A DNA stretch of 64,000 bases from Deltaproteobacteria bacterium (GTDB lineage: Bacteria; Desulfobacterota; Desulfobulbia; Desulfobulbales; SURF-16), in assembly GCA_029939635.1 (NCBI GenBank), contig JAOZSN010000001.1, positions 15,833-79,832 on the forward strand, given 5' to 3'. The notes beneath the pieces were generated by a model that saw only the letters and a program-made list of their open reading frames with translations, ran no database searches and was not told where the DNA came from. Made by a program: the position numbers and the translations under genes. Position 1 is the stretch's first letter; each line of letters starts with the position of its first letter. Shown here one piece after another: positions 16,408 to 25,662 of this stretch.

Positions 16408-17807
16408 TAGCCCCATCCACAGACCCCATGCATGCCCTTATTATTGATGATGACACACTCATTTTAGATGTCATTGAGGAATTTTTAGGACAACTAGGTA
16501 TCATCGCAGCCCGTGCTCTGGACGTACATAGTGCTAAAAGCAGCCTTGACCATCTTAATTTTGATCTGTGCATCACTGACCTGGGCCTGCCAGATGGCTC
16601 AGGCTTTGAGGTCGTCCACTATATTGCTGCAAATTTCCCCCATCTGCCAGTGGCAGTTGTTACCGCCGACACCAGTACAGAGTCTGCGGTGGCTGCTATG
16701 CAGGCCGGGGCCTTTGACTATCTCACCAAACCCTTGGAAAGAGATCGTCTCGCCTTACTGGTGACCAATGCCATCAACCTTAGTGCCAACACTGTCCCAG
16801 TAGACCAGGAAACACTCTTAGTTGGCCAATCTCCTGCCATCAAGGCCATTAATGCCATGGCCCAACGCTTGGCCCAAACCAATGCCCCTGTCCTAATTAC
16901 TGGTGAATCAGGTTCAGGAAAAGAATTAGTTGCCCGCACCATCCACCAATGCAGTCCCCGCCGAGATGCCCCCTTTATTGCCGTCAACTGCGGAGCTATT
17001 CCTGAAAACCTGATGGAAAGTGAATTTTTCGGCCACGAAAAAGGCTCTTTTACTGGTGCTGATCGGCGTAAACCAGGTCTCTTTGTTGCTGCTGAGGGTG
17101 GAACAATTTTCCTTGATGAAATCGCTGATCTCCCTCTGGCAATGCAGGTCAAAATGTTACGAATCCTCCAGGAGCGTGCCATCCGTCCCGTGGGCAGCAC
17201 CAATGAGTCACCCATTGATGTCCGTGTGCTGTCCGCCTCCCATAAAAACCTTAATACCGAGGTTTCCCTGGGACGTTTCAGAGAGGATCTCTACTACCGG
17301 GTTAATGTCATTTCCATTGCCATGCCCAGCCTTAAAGAACACCTGGAAGATATTCCCCAGCTCACCAAGACGTTTCTTCAAAAAATTGCTAGCAGGGACG
17401 GTAAGGCTTTTATTGATATCAGCGAAACAGCCCTAGCCCAGCTCAGCAAGGAGTCCTGGCCAGGAAATGTCCGCGAATTAAATAACCGCCTTGAACGGGC
17501 AGCAGCCCTCTACCAAGGGCATCGTATTGAAATAAACGATGTTATTACCCCCAGCACCCCAACCCATGACAGCCAACCGCAGCTTAGTTCAATAGAGGGA
17601 GTAACCACTGCCCTGCCAGTAGCACTCCCTGCCCTGCAACCCTACGGCAAAGACTCCCTTGACACCGTCTTGGCCGAAGTAGAAAAATTTTACGTCCTCC
17701 AGGCCATGGAGACATGCAAGTATAACAAGAATAAGGCCTCAAAATTGTTAGGAATTAACAACAGATCATTGCGCTATCGGCTGCAAAAATTTGATATTGA
17801 TTATTGA
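16404..17807 (+). CDS. Sigma-54-dependent response regulator (NtrC family: receiver + AAA+ + Fis-type HTH)
   Basis: Receiver domain (LIIDDD...DLGLPDGSG). AAA+ Walker A GESGSGKE. Sigma-54 contact loop ESEFFGHEKGSFTGA. C-terminal HTH NKNKASKLLGINNRSLRYRLQKF. Its ATG overlaps the TolC stop (ATGA). Confidence 0.9.
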   Translation: MIAPSTDPMHALIIDDDTLILDVIEEFLGQLGIIAARALDVHSAKSSLDHLNFDLCITDLGLPDGSGFEVVHYIAANFPHLPVAVVTADTSTESAVAAMQAGAFDYLTKPLERDRLALLVTNAINLSANTVPVDQETLLVGQSPAIKAINAMAQRLAQTNAPVLITGESGSGKELVARTIHQCSPRRDAPFIAVNCGAIPENLMESEFFGHEKGSFTGADRRKPGLFVAAEGGTIFLDEIADLPLAMQVKMLRILQERAIRPVGSTNESPIDVRVLSASHKNLNTEVSLGRFREDLYYRVNVISIAMPSLKEHLEDIPQLTKTFLQKIASRDGKAFIDISETALAQLSKESWPGNVRELNNRLERAAALYQGHRIEINDVITPSTPTHDSQPQLSSIEGVTTALPVALPALQPYGKDSLDTVLAEVEKFYVLQAMETCKYNKNKASKLLGINNRSLRYRLQKFDIDY

Positions 17808-17830
17808 GAGCTAGCCAGAAAAGCAAATTA

Positions 17831-17902
17831 GTGTCTGTCCAGAAATAGGTCATTTTTACTGTGACCCAGAGATCAGACAAAAGGCCATTTCTGGACAGAC
17901 AC
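17831..17902. terminator. Long inverted repeat between convergent genes (possible bidirectional terminator)
   Basis: The 16-nt arm gtgtctgtccagaaat (17831-17846) is perfectly complementary to atttctggacagacac (17887-17902). An inner small hairpin ggtca...tgacc is present. There is no clean U-tract. Confidence 0.4.
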
Positions 17903-17905
17903 AAA

Positions 17906-18691
17906 CTAACTTGAAGCCGATGAGTAGCTACGCAACCCCAAACGCCAGGTAAAGATGAGCAGCAGGGTGAGAAAAACAGAGACAAGGCCAATATGCAGCA
18001 GGGTCAGCCAGGAAATACCGCTCAATAAGATCTGGGCCGGATAGGAGGCAATGAGCAGAAAGGGAAGCAGGGTAACGAGAAGCAGGCGAATAGGGCCATG
18101 AAAGACACGGTCAGGCCGTTCAGCAAACTGTTTAACGGCATAAAAAATCGCCTCAAAACCACGACCACTATGGGTCCAGAATACCGGCAGGATGAAGAAG
18201 AGGTGAATGACATAGTAGAGATAGGCACCATTGATAATGAGCAGGAGGTAGAGCAGGATCTGCGGGGCTGAAAAATCCCCAGGAAAACGCATGATAGCCC
18301 AGCTTAAAAGTCCAGCAGCAATAAGCAGGTTACAAAAAGAATTCGCGGCAAAATCACGGACACTGAGCATGAAGAGGGATGAAACCGGCCGCACCAGATA
18401 ATAGTCAAGATCACCTTTATTGATATACAGCGGCAGATGCCAGAGATTATTGGCCACCACAGTCATATGCAGGGCATCAGCCACAAAAAAGCCGCAAACA
18501 AAGATGAGCGCCTGATCAAAGTCCCAGCCCCCCACCAGACCGGTATGTTGATAGATGATCTGAAAAAAAGCAATATGAACCAGATAAAACATCGTGTCCA
18601 TGACAATGCGAAAGAAGAAATCCAGACGAAACTCCATGGCACGACTAAAGGAAAAACGCAAGAAATAGAGATAGAGCCTCACGTAACGCAT
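17906..18691 (-). CDS. ABC-2 family transporter permease
   Basis: 261 aa, about 6 hydrophobic segments. Adjacent to a second similar permease and an ABC ATPase, with 2-nt and overlapping junctions. Confidence 0.7.
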   Translation of the reverse strand: MRYVRLYLYFLRFSFSRAMEFRLDFFFRIVMDTMFYLVHIAFFQIIYQHTGLVGGWDFDQALIFVCGFFVADALHMTVVANNLWHLPLYINKGDLDYYLVRPVSSLFMLSVRDFAANSFCNLLIAAGLLSWAIMRFPGDFSAPQILLYLLLIINGAYLYYVIHLFFILPVFWTHSGRGFEAIFYAVKQFAERPDRVFHGPIRLLLVTLLPFLLIASYPAQILLSGISWLTLLHIGLVSVFLTLLLIFTWRLGLRSYSSASS

Positions 18692-18693
18692 AG

Positions 18694-19509
18694 TTAAATC
18701 CCCACCCCAGTATAACGCTTATTGCCCTGCCGCCACACCAAGCCACCCACCCCAGCCATGAGTAGCAACCAGACACTCATCACCAGCAGGCCGTGCATTA
18801 TTTCAGCAGGAGCCACCTGACCCACCATTATCTTTACAGGAAAATAGTAGAGATAAATAAATGGGGTATATTCCAATACAGCCAGCACATCAGCAGGAAA
18901 GAGTTCCATGGGCAGCATTGCCCCACCTAGTAGGGCACCGATAAAATGGAGCATGACCACCAGACTCCAGACATTATCGGCCCAAAAGGCGACAAACTGT
19001 AAGGGCAGACTCAGCAGAAAATAGAGGAGATTGGCCAACATGATCACCAACAGGGCCATGGCAATATTGGTCAAACTAAGCTGAAACTCTGCCGGCAATT
19101 CCAGGAAAAAAGGAGCAACCCCGGCAAAAATCACTATCTGTACCACCACCGGCAGCAAAGAACCAAGATGCTCAGCATATTTAAAACCCAGATATGAGGT
19201 GGGATAAAGCTGATAACGCGTCAAACCGCCATCATAGATATCAGTGGCAATAGTCATGATCTGCTGGCTACCCCGCACCAGCCGACCAATGAGAATAACC
19301 AGTAAATAATAGGTAATCATGCCACTCAAGCTATAGCCAGCAATGGTCTGCCCACCCAGATCCGCATAGATTGATTGCCATAAATAATACATCACCCCCA
19401 TGGCAGCCATAAAGGCAAACAGGGAGTTGACCCAAAAATCCACCCGATAGCTCATTTGCTTACGCAACTCCAGGCTGAACACCTGCCAAAAGACCAACAT
19501 ACCCCTCAT
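18694..19509 (-). CDS. ABC-2 family transporter permease
   Basis: 271 aa polytopic membrane protein. Overlaps the ATPase gene stop by 4 nt. Confidence 0.7.
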   Translation of the reverse strand: MRGMLVFWQVFSLELRKQMSYRVDFWVNSLFAFMAAMGVMYYLWQSIYADLGGQTIAGYSLSGMITYYLLVILIGRLVRGSQQIMTIATDIYDGGLTRYQLYPTSYLGFKYAEHLGSLLPVVVQIVIFAGVAPFFLELPAEFQLSLTNIAMALLVIMLANLLYFLLSLPLQFVAFWADNVWSLVVMLHFIGALLGGAMLPMELFPADVLAVLEYTPFIYLYYFPVKIMVGQVAPAEIMHGLLVMSVWLLLMAGVGGLVWRQGNKRYTGVGI

Positions 19510-20483
19510 CTTTTTTCCGCAAACATCTGTTCAATAACAGAGGCCACGTCCTCATCTTCGACACTGAGATCACTCACCCCACTGCCGCATAAAAGATGCT
19601 GGGTCACAGCAGCAACATCTTTTTCAGCCACCCGCAGACGCATATCTTCAGAACTTCTAGCAAGAACCTCAACCGGAATCGAACCAAGGCCCTGGTCAGC
19701 AAACTGCTCCGCTTTCAGGCGAATGGTCATTATCTTATGGCTGGCAAAACGGCTGACTACCTCATGGAGAGGCCCGTCAAAAATAAAGCCGCCATCACGC
19801 ATGATGATAATCCTTTTACAGAGCCGTTCAATATCCTCCATATAATGACTGGTGAGGATCATGGCTGGCCTGACTTCCTGGCGGTAATGGAGAATAAAAT
19901 CACGGATAGCACGCTGGGCCGCCAAATCAAGACCAATGGTAGGCTCGTCAAGAAAGACCACCTGTGGTTTATGCAGCAGGGCAGCGATGAGCTCCATCTT
20001 CATCCGTTCCCCTAAGGAAAGGCGACGGATTTGAATACCTAGTTCAGCTCGCACGTCCAATATATCCAGCAAAGAATTAAGCATTTCCTCATGTTCCTTA
20101 ATAGGAACCTGATAAATCTCCCGCAACAACAAGAAGCAATCAGCAGCAGGCAAATCCCACCAAAGTTGGGCCTTCTGACCCATGATAAGGGCAATGCGAC
20201 GGCGAAAATCATTATGGCGCTGCCAGGGATCATGGCCAAGAACCTGTACGCTACCAGCACTGGGATGAATGATACCAGCCAACATCTTGATAATGGTGGT
20301 CTTGCCAGCACCATTAGCACCCACCAGACCAAGAATTTCCCCTTCAACCACCTGGAAGGAGACATGATCCACCGCTATCTTGGTCACCGTGTCACGACTG
20401 AAGAGGGATTTCAAGGAGGCCTTCAAACCAGCGGCCTTGCGATGTACCTGAAACTCCTTATGGAGATTTTCTACCTTGATCAT
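19506..20483 (-). CDS. ABC transporter ATP-binding protein
   Basis: Walker A GANGAGKTT, signature LSLGERMK, Walker B VVFLDEPT. I moved the start to the MIKVENLHKEF methionine (ATG at 20483), because the tracked ORF start (20621) would overlap the topB 3' end. Confidence 0.9.
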   Translation of the reverse strand: MIKVENLHKEFQVHRKAAGLKASLKSLFSRDTVTKIAVDHVSFQVVEGEILGLVGANGAGKTTIIKMLAGIIHPSAGSVQVLGHDPWQRHNDFRRRIALIMGQKAQLWWDLPAADCFLLLREIYQVPIKEHEEMLNSLLDILDVRAELGIQIRRLSLGERMKMELIAALLHKPQVVFLDEPTIGLDLAAQRAIRDFILHYRQEVRPAMILTSHYMEDIERLCKRIIIMRDGGFIFDGPLHEVVSRFASHKIMTIRLKAEQFADQGLGSIPVEVLARSSEDMRLRVAEKDVAAVTQHLLCGSGVSDLSVEDEDVASVIEQMFAEKR

Positions 20484-20523
20484 GATTTTTTCTTTATATC
20501 CTGCCCATCCTGTTAATCCTGTC

Positions 20524-22590
20524 TTAATTTTTTGTCTTTTTCTGCCGGTCAGCAGACGGCCGCTGTAAATCCATGGCCATGCCCTGGGTGGAGAGGATGA
20601 GCAGACGTGGTTCATCATCAATACGAACCGGCTGGGGCAAAATACGCTGCTGCAGCAAAGTCTGAACCTGTCTGGCCGTGAGCGCTACACCTTTACATTC
20701 TGGCTCAAAAACAAAGGGACACCCCTCCTTCCAGCCCGTGCAACCATAGGCTCTATGCCCTTTCATGACCTCTTTACCACAGAGCGGACAACTCCCCCAG
20801 CGTCCACTATCCAGACGTGAAGCAGAGCTGTTCTCTATCAAGCCACGAATGTGATTATTGATGCCAGCCATAAAATCATCCGGGTCAAGCTGGCTGCGCT
20901 CAATTTTTTTAAGTTTTTCCTCCCATTCACCAGTCATCTCAGGGGATTTCAGTAACGGATCATGGATAAGGGCAATGAGGCAACGCCCCATGTCAGTGCA
21001 TCGCAACTGTTTTTTCTGGCGGCTAATATAGTTGCGCCGCAGCAGGGTCTCAATGATGGCTGCCCGGGTAGCTGGCGTACCAATGCCACGCTCTTTAAGT
21101 GCTTCGCGCAGGCTATCGTCCTCAACAAATTTACCAGCCGCCTCCATAGCCCCAAGCAATGAATTCTCGCTAAAATGTTTGGGAGGTATGGTTTTACCTT
21201 CGCGCAAGAACGGCTCATGGGAACCGCTTTCCCCTTCTGTAAAGGCAGGCAAGGTCTGGTCGCCACTGGCTTTTTTTGTCTTTTTCGGAAAAAGAACGGT
21301 CCAGCCAGGCTCAACAACATGGGTGCCTTTGGCCTTAAATTTGACACCATTGCTGGCTCCATCCACCGTGGTGATATTTTTCAGGCAAACAGGATAAAAG
21401 GCAGCGATGAACTGGGTGGTAATGGTCTCATACACCAGCTGTTCATTGACCCCAAGACTGCGCGGCATGACGCCGGTGGGAATAATGGCGTGATGGTCGG
21501 TAACTTTTTTATCATCAATAATACGCTTAGTGAACGGCAATTTGGCCAGATTAAGTGGGGCAATCTGTTCTGAACGCAGTGATGTAAGCTTTTGCAGAAT
21601 CTCTGGAATACGTGGCTTCATATCCTTGCTGAGATAGCGCGAATCTGTACGCGGGTAGGTGACGAGTTTTTTCTCGTAGAGATTCTGGGTGGCAGCCAGG
21701 GTATCAGCAGCCGACAGCCCGTGCAGCTTGTTGATTTCGCGCTGTAAGGTGGTGAGATCAAAGAGTTGGGGCGGCTGCTCCCTTTTCTTTTTAGCGACAA
21801 TAGCGCTCACCTCAAAGGGCTGCCCCGTGACTTTTTCCAGCTTAACCTGAGCCTTCTCTTGTTTTTCAAAACGCTTGCCGCTGTATTTAAATAGCACCTG
21901 CCGGTACGTGGTACTGAGTTCCCAAAAGGGCTGGGGACGAAACTGCAGGATGGTATCATCACGCTCAACAATCATGGCCAGAACCGGCGTCTGCACCCGG
22001 CCAATACTCCACAACACGCGATCGCTACCACCACCAATACGACCATGGCGCACTGTATAATAGCGGGTGGAGTTAAGGCCAACAATCCAATCAGATTCAC
22101 TACGGCAACGGGCGGCAGCATAGAGCGCATCGTAATCATGGCCATCCTTGAGATCCTTAAACGCTTCGCTAATGGCATCAGGAGTCAAGGAGTTAAGCCA
22201 GAGGCGACGAATGGGCTTATCTTCGCAGTTACAATGGGCAAGAATATAGCGGAAAATCAACTCCCCTTCCCGGCCAGCATCAGTGGCGCAGACAATTTCA
22301 TCGGCCTGCTGACATAATTTTTCAATGATCCTGAACTGCTCATCCACGCCACGATTTTTAATCAGGGTGAGCTTAAATTCGTCCGGCACGAACGGCAGGG
22401 TATCCAGGGACCAACGCTTGAGGGCCGGATCATATTCTCCCGGCTCTTGCAGGGTCACCAAATGACCAAAGGCCCAGGTAATGGCACAGCCCCGCCCCTC
22501 GATATAGCCCTTTTTTTTACCCTTAATATCGAGAACATCGGCAATATCACGGGCCACGGATGGCTTTTCAGCAATAACAACTTTCATCAA
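20524..22590 (-). CDS. topB: DNA topoisomerase III
   Basis: TOPRIM start MKVVIAEKPSVARDIA. Motifs ATDAGREGELIFR and the catalytic-Tyr region TYPRTDSRYL. C-terminal Cys4-type zinc ribbon (CPLCGKEV...CTGWKEGCPF). Confidence 0.9.
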   Translation of the reverse strand: MMKVVIAEKPSVARDIADVLDIKGKKKGYIEGRGCAITWAFGHLVTLQEPGEYDPALKRWSLDTLPFVPDEFKLTLIKNRGVDEQFRIIEKLCQQADEIVCATDAGREGELIFRYILAHCNCEDKPIRRLWLNSLTPDAISEAFKDLKDGHDYDALYAAARCRSESDWIVGLNSTRYYTVRHGRIGGGSDRVLWSIGRVQTPVLAMIVERDDTILQFRPQPFWELSTTYRQVLFKYSGKRFEKQEKAQVKLEKVTGQPFEVSAIVAKKKREQPPQLFDLTTLQREINKLHGLSAADTLAATQNLYEKKLVTYPRTDSRYLSKDMKPRIPEILQKLTSLRSEQIAPLNLAKLPFTKRIIDDKKVTDHHAIIPTGVMPRSLGVNEQLVYETITTQFIAAFYPVCLKNITTVDGASNGVKFKAKGTHVVEPGWTVLFPKKTKKASGDQTLPAFTEGESGSHEPFLREGKTIPPKHFSENSLLGAMEAAGKFVEDDSLREALKERGIGTPATRAAIIETLLRRNYISRQKKQLRCTDMGRCLIALIHDPLLKSPEMTGEWEEKLKKIERSQLDPDDFMAGINNHIRGLIENSSASRLDSGRWGSCPLCGKEVMKGHRAYGCTGWKEGCPFVFEPECKGVALTARQVQTLLQQRILPQPVRIDDEPRLLILSTQGMAMDLQRPSADRQKKTKN

Positions 22591-22761
22591 ACGAATTTCT
22601 CGCAGTCTTTATTTTATCGTAGGGCAGAATTTTAAATTTTTTGAACCCTAAACCTTTTTAATAATGCAATCAAAGGAAAAACCTCTTAACAAGAAAAGAC
22701 GCTTTTTTTATTCACCATTTTGCCATCTACAGAATCACTCTATCAGCAAGGATATATCACC

Positions 22762-23055
22762 ATGAGTAATACCGACAAAAATAAAGAATTTTATGATATG
22801 GCTGACGCTTTTATCGCCGTAGCCAATAAGCAATGCAAGAAAAGAGATCCCGGTACGGTCAGCGCCACATTCCTCTATGCGGCGGCACGCTATAATACAT
22901 TCATTGCTGCCTCAGGATCGGAATCAGCAGATAAATTTTCTGCACACAAAGAAGATTTTTTGAAATACTTCTTGGATGAGTACAAAAAAATGCTTGAAGA
23001 ACATTTCGAGGATTATAGTACTCATTTTGAAAAATATCTGGGCCAGAAAAACTAG
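22762..23055 (+). CDS. DUF3144-like small protein
   Basis: MSNTDKNKEFYDMADAFIAVANKQC...ATFLYAAARYNTF matches my memory of the DUF3144 family. Start placed at the ATG at 22762, with AAGGA 9 nt upstream. Confidence 0.65.
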   Translation: MSNTDKNKEFYDMADAFIAVANKQCKKRDPGTVSATFLYAAARYNTFIAASGSESADKFSAHKEDFLKYFLDEYKKMLEEHFEDYSTHFEKYLGQKN

Positions 23056-23081
23056 CCTTTACCAAAATATGGAGCAATACC

Positions 23082-23321
23082 ATGCTACGAGCCGTTGCTT
23101 TTTGTGTAGGACTGATTTCCGTGACTGCCGGACTAGTTAATTATGATAGCGAATTAGCCGCTGCACCTTTACCGATAGTTACGGGTGGTTTGGTCTTATT
23201 CTTAGCGATATTTAACCTGATCCCTCAATTCAAACATTGCCCATCCTGTAATAAAAAGCTGCTCAAAAAGGCAGACACCTGCCGTTTCTGCGGGGCAAAA
23301 CAGCCACCCCTTGATCCATAA
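23082..23321 (+). CDS. Small membrane protein with C-terminal zinc ribbon
   Basis: Two hydrophobic segments followed by CPSCNKK...CRFCG (CxxC-N12-CxxC). Confidence 0.55.
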   Translation: MLRAVAFCVGLISVTAGLVNYDSELAAAPLPIVTGGLVLFLAIFNLIPQFKHCPSCNKKLLKKADTCRFCGAKQPPLDP

Positions 23322-23350
23322 GGGTGCCGTGGTATTCTGCGAAGCCCAGC

Positions 23351-23782
23351 TCAGGGTTGCCTTTTATCATCACTGCTCAGCACCAGCGACTCAGTTTCTT
23401 TGAGACGGAGCAAAATGACCAGGGGAATGGTCAACACGACCAGGAGGGCCAGTTTGATGGAGAGGGTGTCAAAACTATAAAGAGAAAAAAAGGCACCGCA
23501 AACCAGGGAGGCAATGCCGATCAGCTTGGCGCGGCGGGGAATGGATCTAGTTTCTTCCCAGTTTTTGATCATGGGGCCACAAAATTTATTGGCCAAAAGC
23601 CAGCGATGCAGGCGGGGGGATGATCTGGCAAAACAGGCTGCAGCCAGAAGCAGAAAGGGTGTGGTTGGCAAACCGGGCAGGGCAACACCAAAGCCGGCCA
23701 GAATCAGACATAACAGGCCAGAGCAAAGAAAGAAAATGCGCAGCAAGGGGTTCTGATTTTGGGCAGGCACGTTGCAATCCAC
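23351..23782 (-). CDS. YbaN-family (DUF454) inner-membrane protein
   Basis: LPGLPTTPFLLLAAACFARSSPRLHRWLL is the typical YbaN N-terminal signature. Confidence 0.8.
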   Translation of the reverse strand: MDCNVPAQNQNPLLRIFFLCSGLLCLILAGFGVALPGLPTTPFLLLAAACFARSSPRLHRWLLANKFCGPMIKNWEETRSIPRRAKLIGIASLVCGAFFSLYSFDTLSIKLALLVVLTIPLVILLRLKETESLVLSSDDKRQP

Positions 23783-24034
23783 TTAAAATTTCTTCATTTT
23801 TTCGCCGATCCGCATGGCATTATCGCACTTGGCACCTTCACGCGGATTGCAGTCAAGGAGGATACTCATTACCCTGTCGGCCATTCTATCACAGCCAGCG
23901 TCTTCCAACCTGGCTAAGATCTCAGACATCAGCTTGTTAAACTCCAGACATTTTTTATAATCCGAAGAGGCTCGTTGGTGTAAAATCACCGCCTTCTCAA
24001 AGTCTTTTTTGATATCGTCACTTATTTCAGCCAT
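23783..24034 (-). CDS. Hypothetical 83-aa protein (4 Cys), abuts ybaN-like gene
   Basis: ORF with zero-nt spacing to the downstream gene. Helical, charged composition. No family recognised. Confidence 0.45.
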   Translation of the reverse strand: MAEISDDIKKDFEKAVILHQRASSDYKKCLEFNKLMSEILARLEDAGCDRMADRVMSILLDCNPREGAKCDNAMRIGEKMKKF

Positions 24035-24188
24035 GGTCAGATCCTTTTTATACGGATAACGAAAATTAAAGGGCAGTCTCTAAATTAATCAGTTACCTGT
24101 TTACTGCTATATTTTTTTGGGACACTTTGCATAATAATCAGCCGTGCAGCATGACAACAAACCAGATTAGCACCCAGGGACTTCCAGG

Positions 24189-25097
24189 ATGAGAACACTC
24201 GCCTTTGGCTACTCAACACGATGCAATATCAAATGTGAACACTGTGTTGCCGCCGATGCCATTCCCAAAAACATAAAAATGGCGCTGAACCAGGCAAAAA
24301 AGATTATTGGCCAACTGGCCGCTGCCCAGGTACAGGGTATCAGCTTTACTGCTGGTGAACCGCTGATCTACCTGAACGACATTGCCGAATTGGTCGGCCT
24401 CTGTCGAGACTATGATATGTATACGCGGGTGGTTACCAATAGTTTCTGGGCTAAATCTCCAGAGCTTGCCGATAGCGTCGTTGTCCAGCTTAAAGAACAG
24501 GGTCTAGCACAACTCCGCCTGAGCTATAGCCGCTGGCACCAAAAAAATATTCCCCAGCAGAACATCTTAAATGCCGCCAGGAGTTGCCATAAAAATGGCC
24601 TGGATTATTTCATTTCATTTGTCACTGATTTTTCAGAGCAGGATGACAACTTTGAGCATTTTTTACGGCAGCATAATCTTAAATTTTTCCCTGAGCCAGT
24701 AATCTTTGCCGGGCGAGCCCACGATTTTACGCGCCTCCCCCTGCACACCGATTACCAAGCAAACTGCTGCCCAATGAACCCGTATCTGGCACCCAGCCTT
24801 GATATGTATGCCTGCTGCGATGCCGGTAGCCATTTTACCGCTACCAACTTCTTTCATCTTGGCAATATTAAGGACACTCCTCCTGCGCAACTTTTCGCGG
24901 AAAGTGAAAGCAATAGGTTGTATAACCATATTAGAAATATGGGCATAAGCACTCTGGCCTCCTTTGCTGGCTTTGCAGCACGAGAAATAATCCAGTACAG
25001 AAAATGCGAATTATGCGAAAAATTATTCAACTCACCTGAACGACTAAGGGGCCTTCGGCAAGAGGAAAATACAGGTTTAAACTCCTGGTATCGCTAA
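24189..25097 (+). CDS. Radical SAM protein with C-terminal Cys-rich auxiliary-cluster-like region
   Basis: CNIKCEHC (CxxxCxxC) at residues 12-19. SAM-binding-like FTAGEPL. C-terminal CCPMNP...ACCDAG...CELC cysteines. Confidence 0.85.
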   Translation: MRTLAFGYSTRCNIKCEHCVAADAIPKNIKMALNQAKKIIGQLAAAQVQGISFTAGEPLIYLNDIAELVGLCRDYDMYTRVVTNSFWAKSPELADSVVVQLKEQGLAQLRLSYSRWHQKNIPQQNILNAARSCHKNGLDYFISFVTDFSEQDDNFEHFLRQHNLKFFPEPVIFAGRAHDFTRLPLHTDYQANCCPMNPYLAPSLDMYACCDAGSHFTATNFFHLGNIKDTPPAQLFAESESNRLYNHIRNMGISTLASFAGFAAREIIQYRKCELCEKLFNSPERLRGLRQEENTGLNSWYR

Positions 25098-25127
25098 AGG
25101 TGCCTTGAAGTAGCTCCGGAAACAACT

Positions 25128-25604
25128 ATGAAAATACGCAAACTCACCCCTGAAAATTATCCTAAGGCCTCTGCCTTGTTGCGCGAGGCATTCCCTGGCA
25201 GCAGCTATGAAGTGGAATTAGTTGAAAACTTCCACAAAAATGGCACGCCTGTGCATGAATGGGTATGCATCCATGTCAATAGAATCATTGCCTATATTGC
25301 TTTTTCAAGGGCCTATAATGGCGACAAGGAGTGTGGTTTACATTTGGCACCGTTAGCGGTGCGGCCCAAATTTCAACGGCAGGGGGTTGGCTCGGAGTTA
25401 CTGCGCTTTGCCTTGCGGCAGGATGTTATCAAGGAAAACACTCTCTTTGTTTTAGGCGATTCTGGCTTCTATCAAAATTTTGGCTTTGCACCGTGTGCCC
25501 AGCCTATCTGCCCCTTTGATACAAATAATGACCATTTTTTAAGCATTGGCGATTGCAGCTCAAGCCCTTTCACCGTAGGATACGAAGCAGAATTTGGGAC
25601 TTAA
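25128..25604 (+). CDS. GNAT-family N-acetyltransferase
   Basis: 158 aa. Acetyl-CoA motif A-like VRPKFQRQGVGSELLRFAL. Confidence 0.8.
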   Translation: MKIRKLTPENYPKASALLREAFPGSSYEVELVENFHKNGTPVHEWVCIHVNRIIAYIAFSRAYNGDKECGLHLAPLAVRPKFQRQGVGSELLRFALRQDVIKENTLFVLGDSGFYQNFGFAPCAQPICPFDTNNDHFLSIGDCSSSPFTVGYEAEFGT

Positions 25605-25662
25605 GTTTTCCACATTGGCGCACCATACCTGATACAATCTGAAGAAATTCCAAGGAAAGAAA

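Noticed and set aside
17906-20483. ABC-2 transporter considered as the missing energiser of the adhesin secretion locus
   Set aside because: It lies in a separate transcription unit downstream of topB, convergent to the tolC-ntrC unit. It has separate ABC-2-type permeases, not a fused HlyB-like TMD-NBD with or without a C39 domain. A functional link cannot be excluded, but nothing in the sequence supports it.
20484-20621. Longer 371-aa version of the ABC ATPase ORF
   Set aside because: The extra 46 codons overlap the 3' end of topB and have no ABC-family similarity. The conserved N-terminus MIKVENLHKEF begins at the ATG at 20483.
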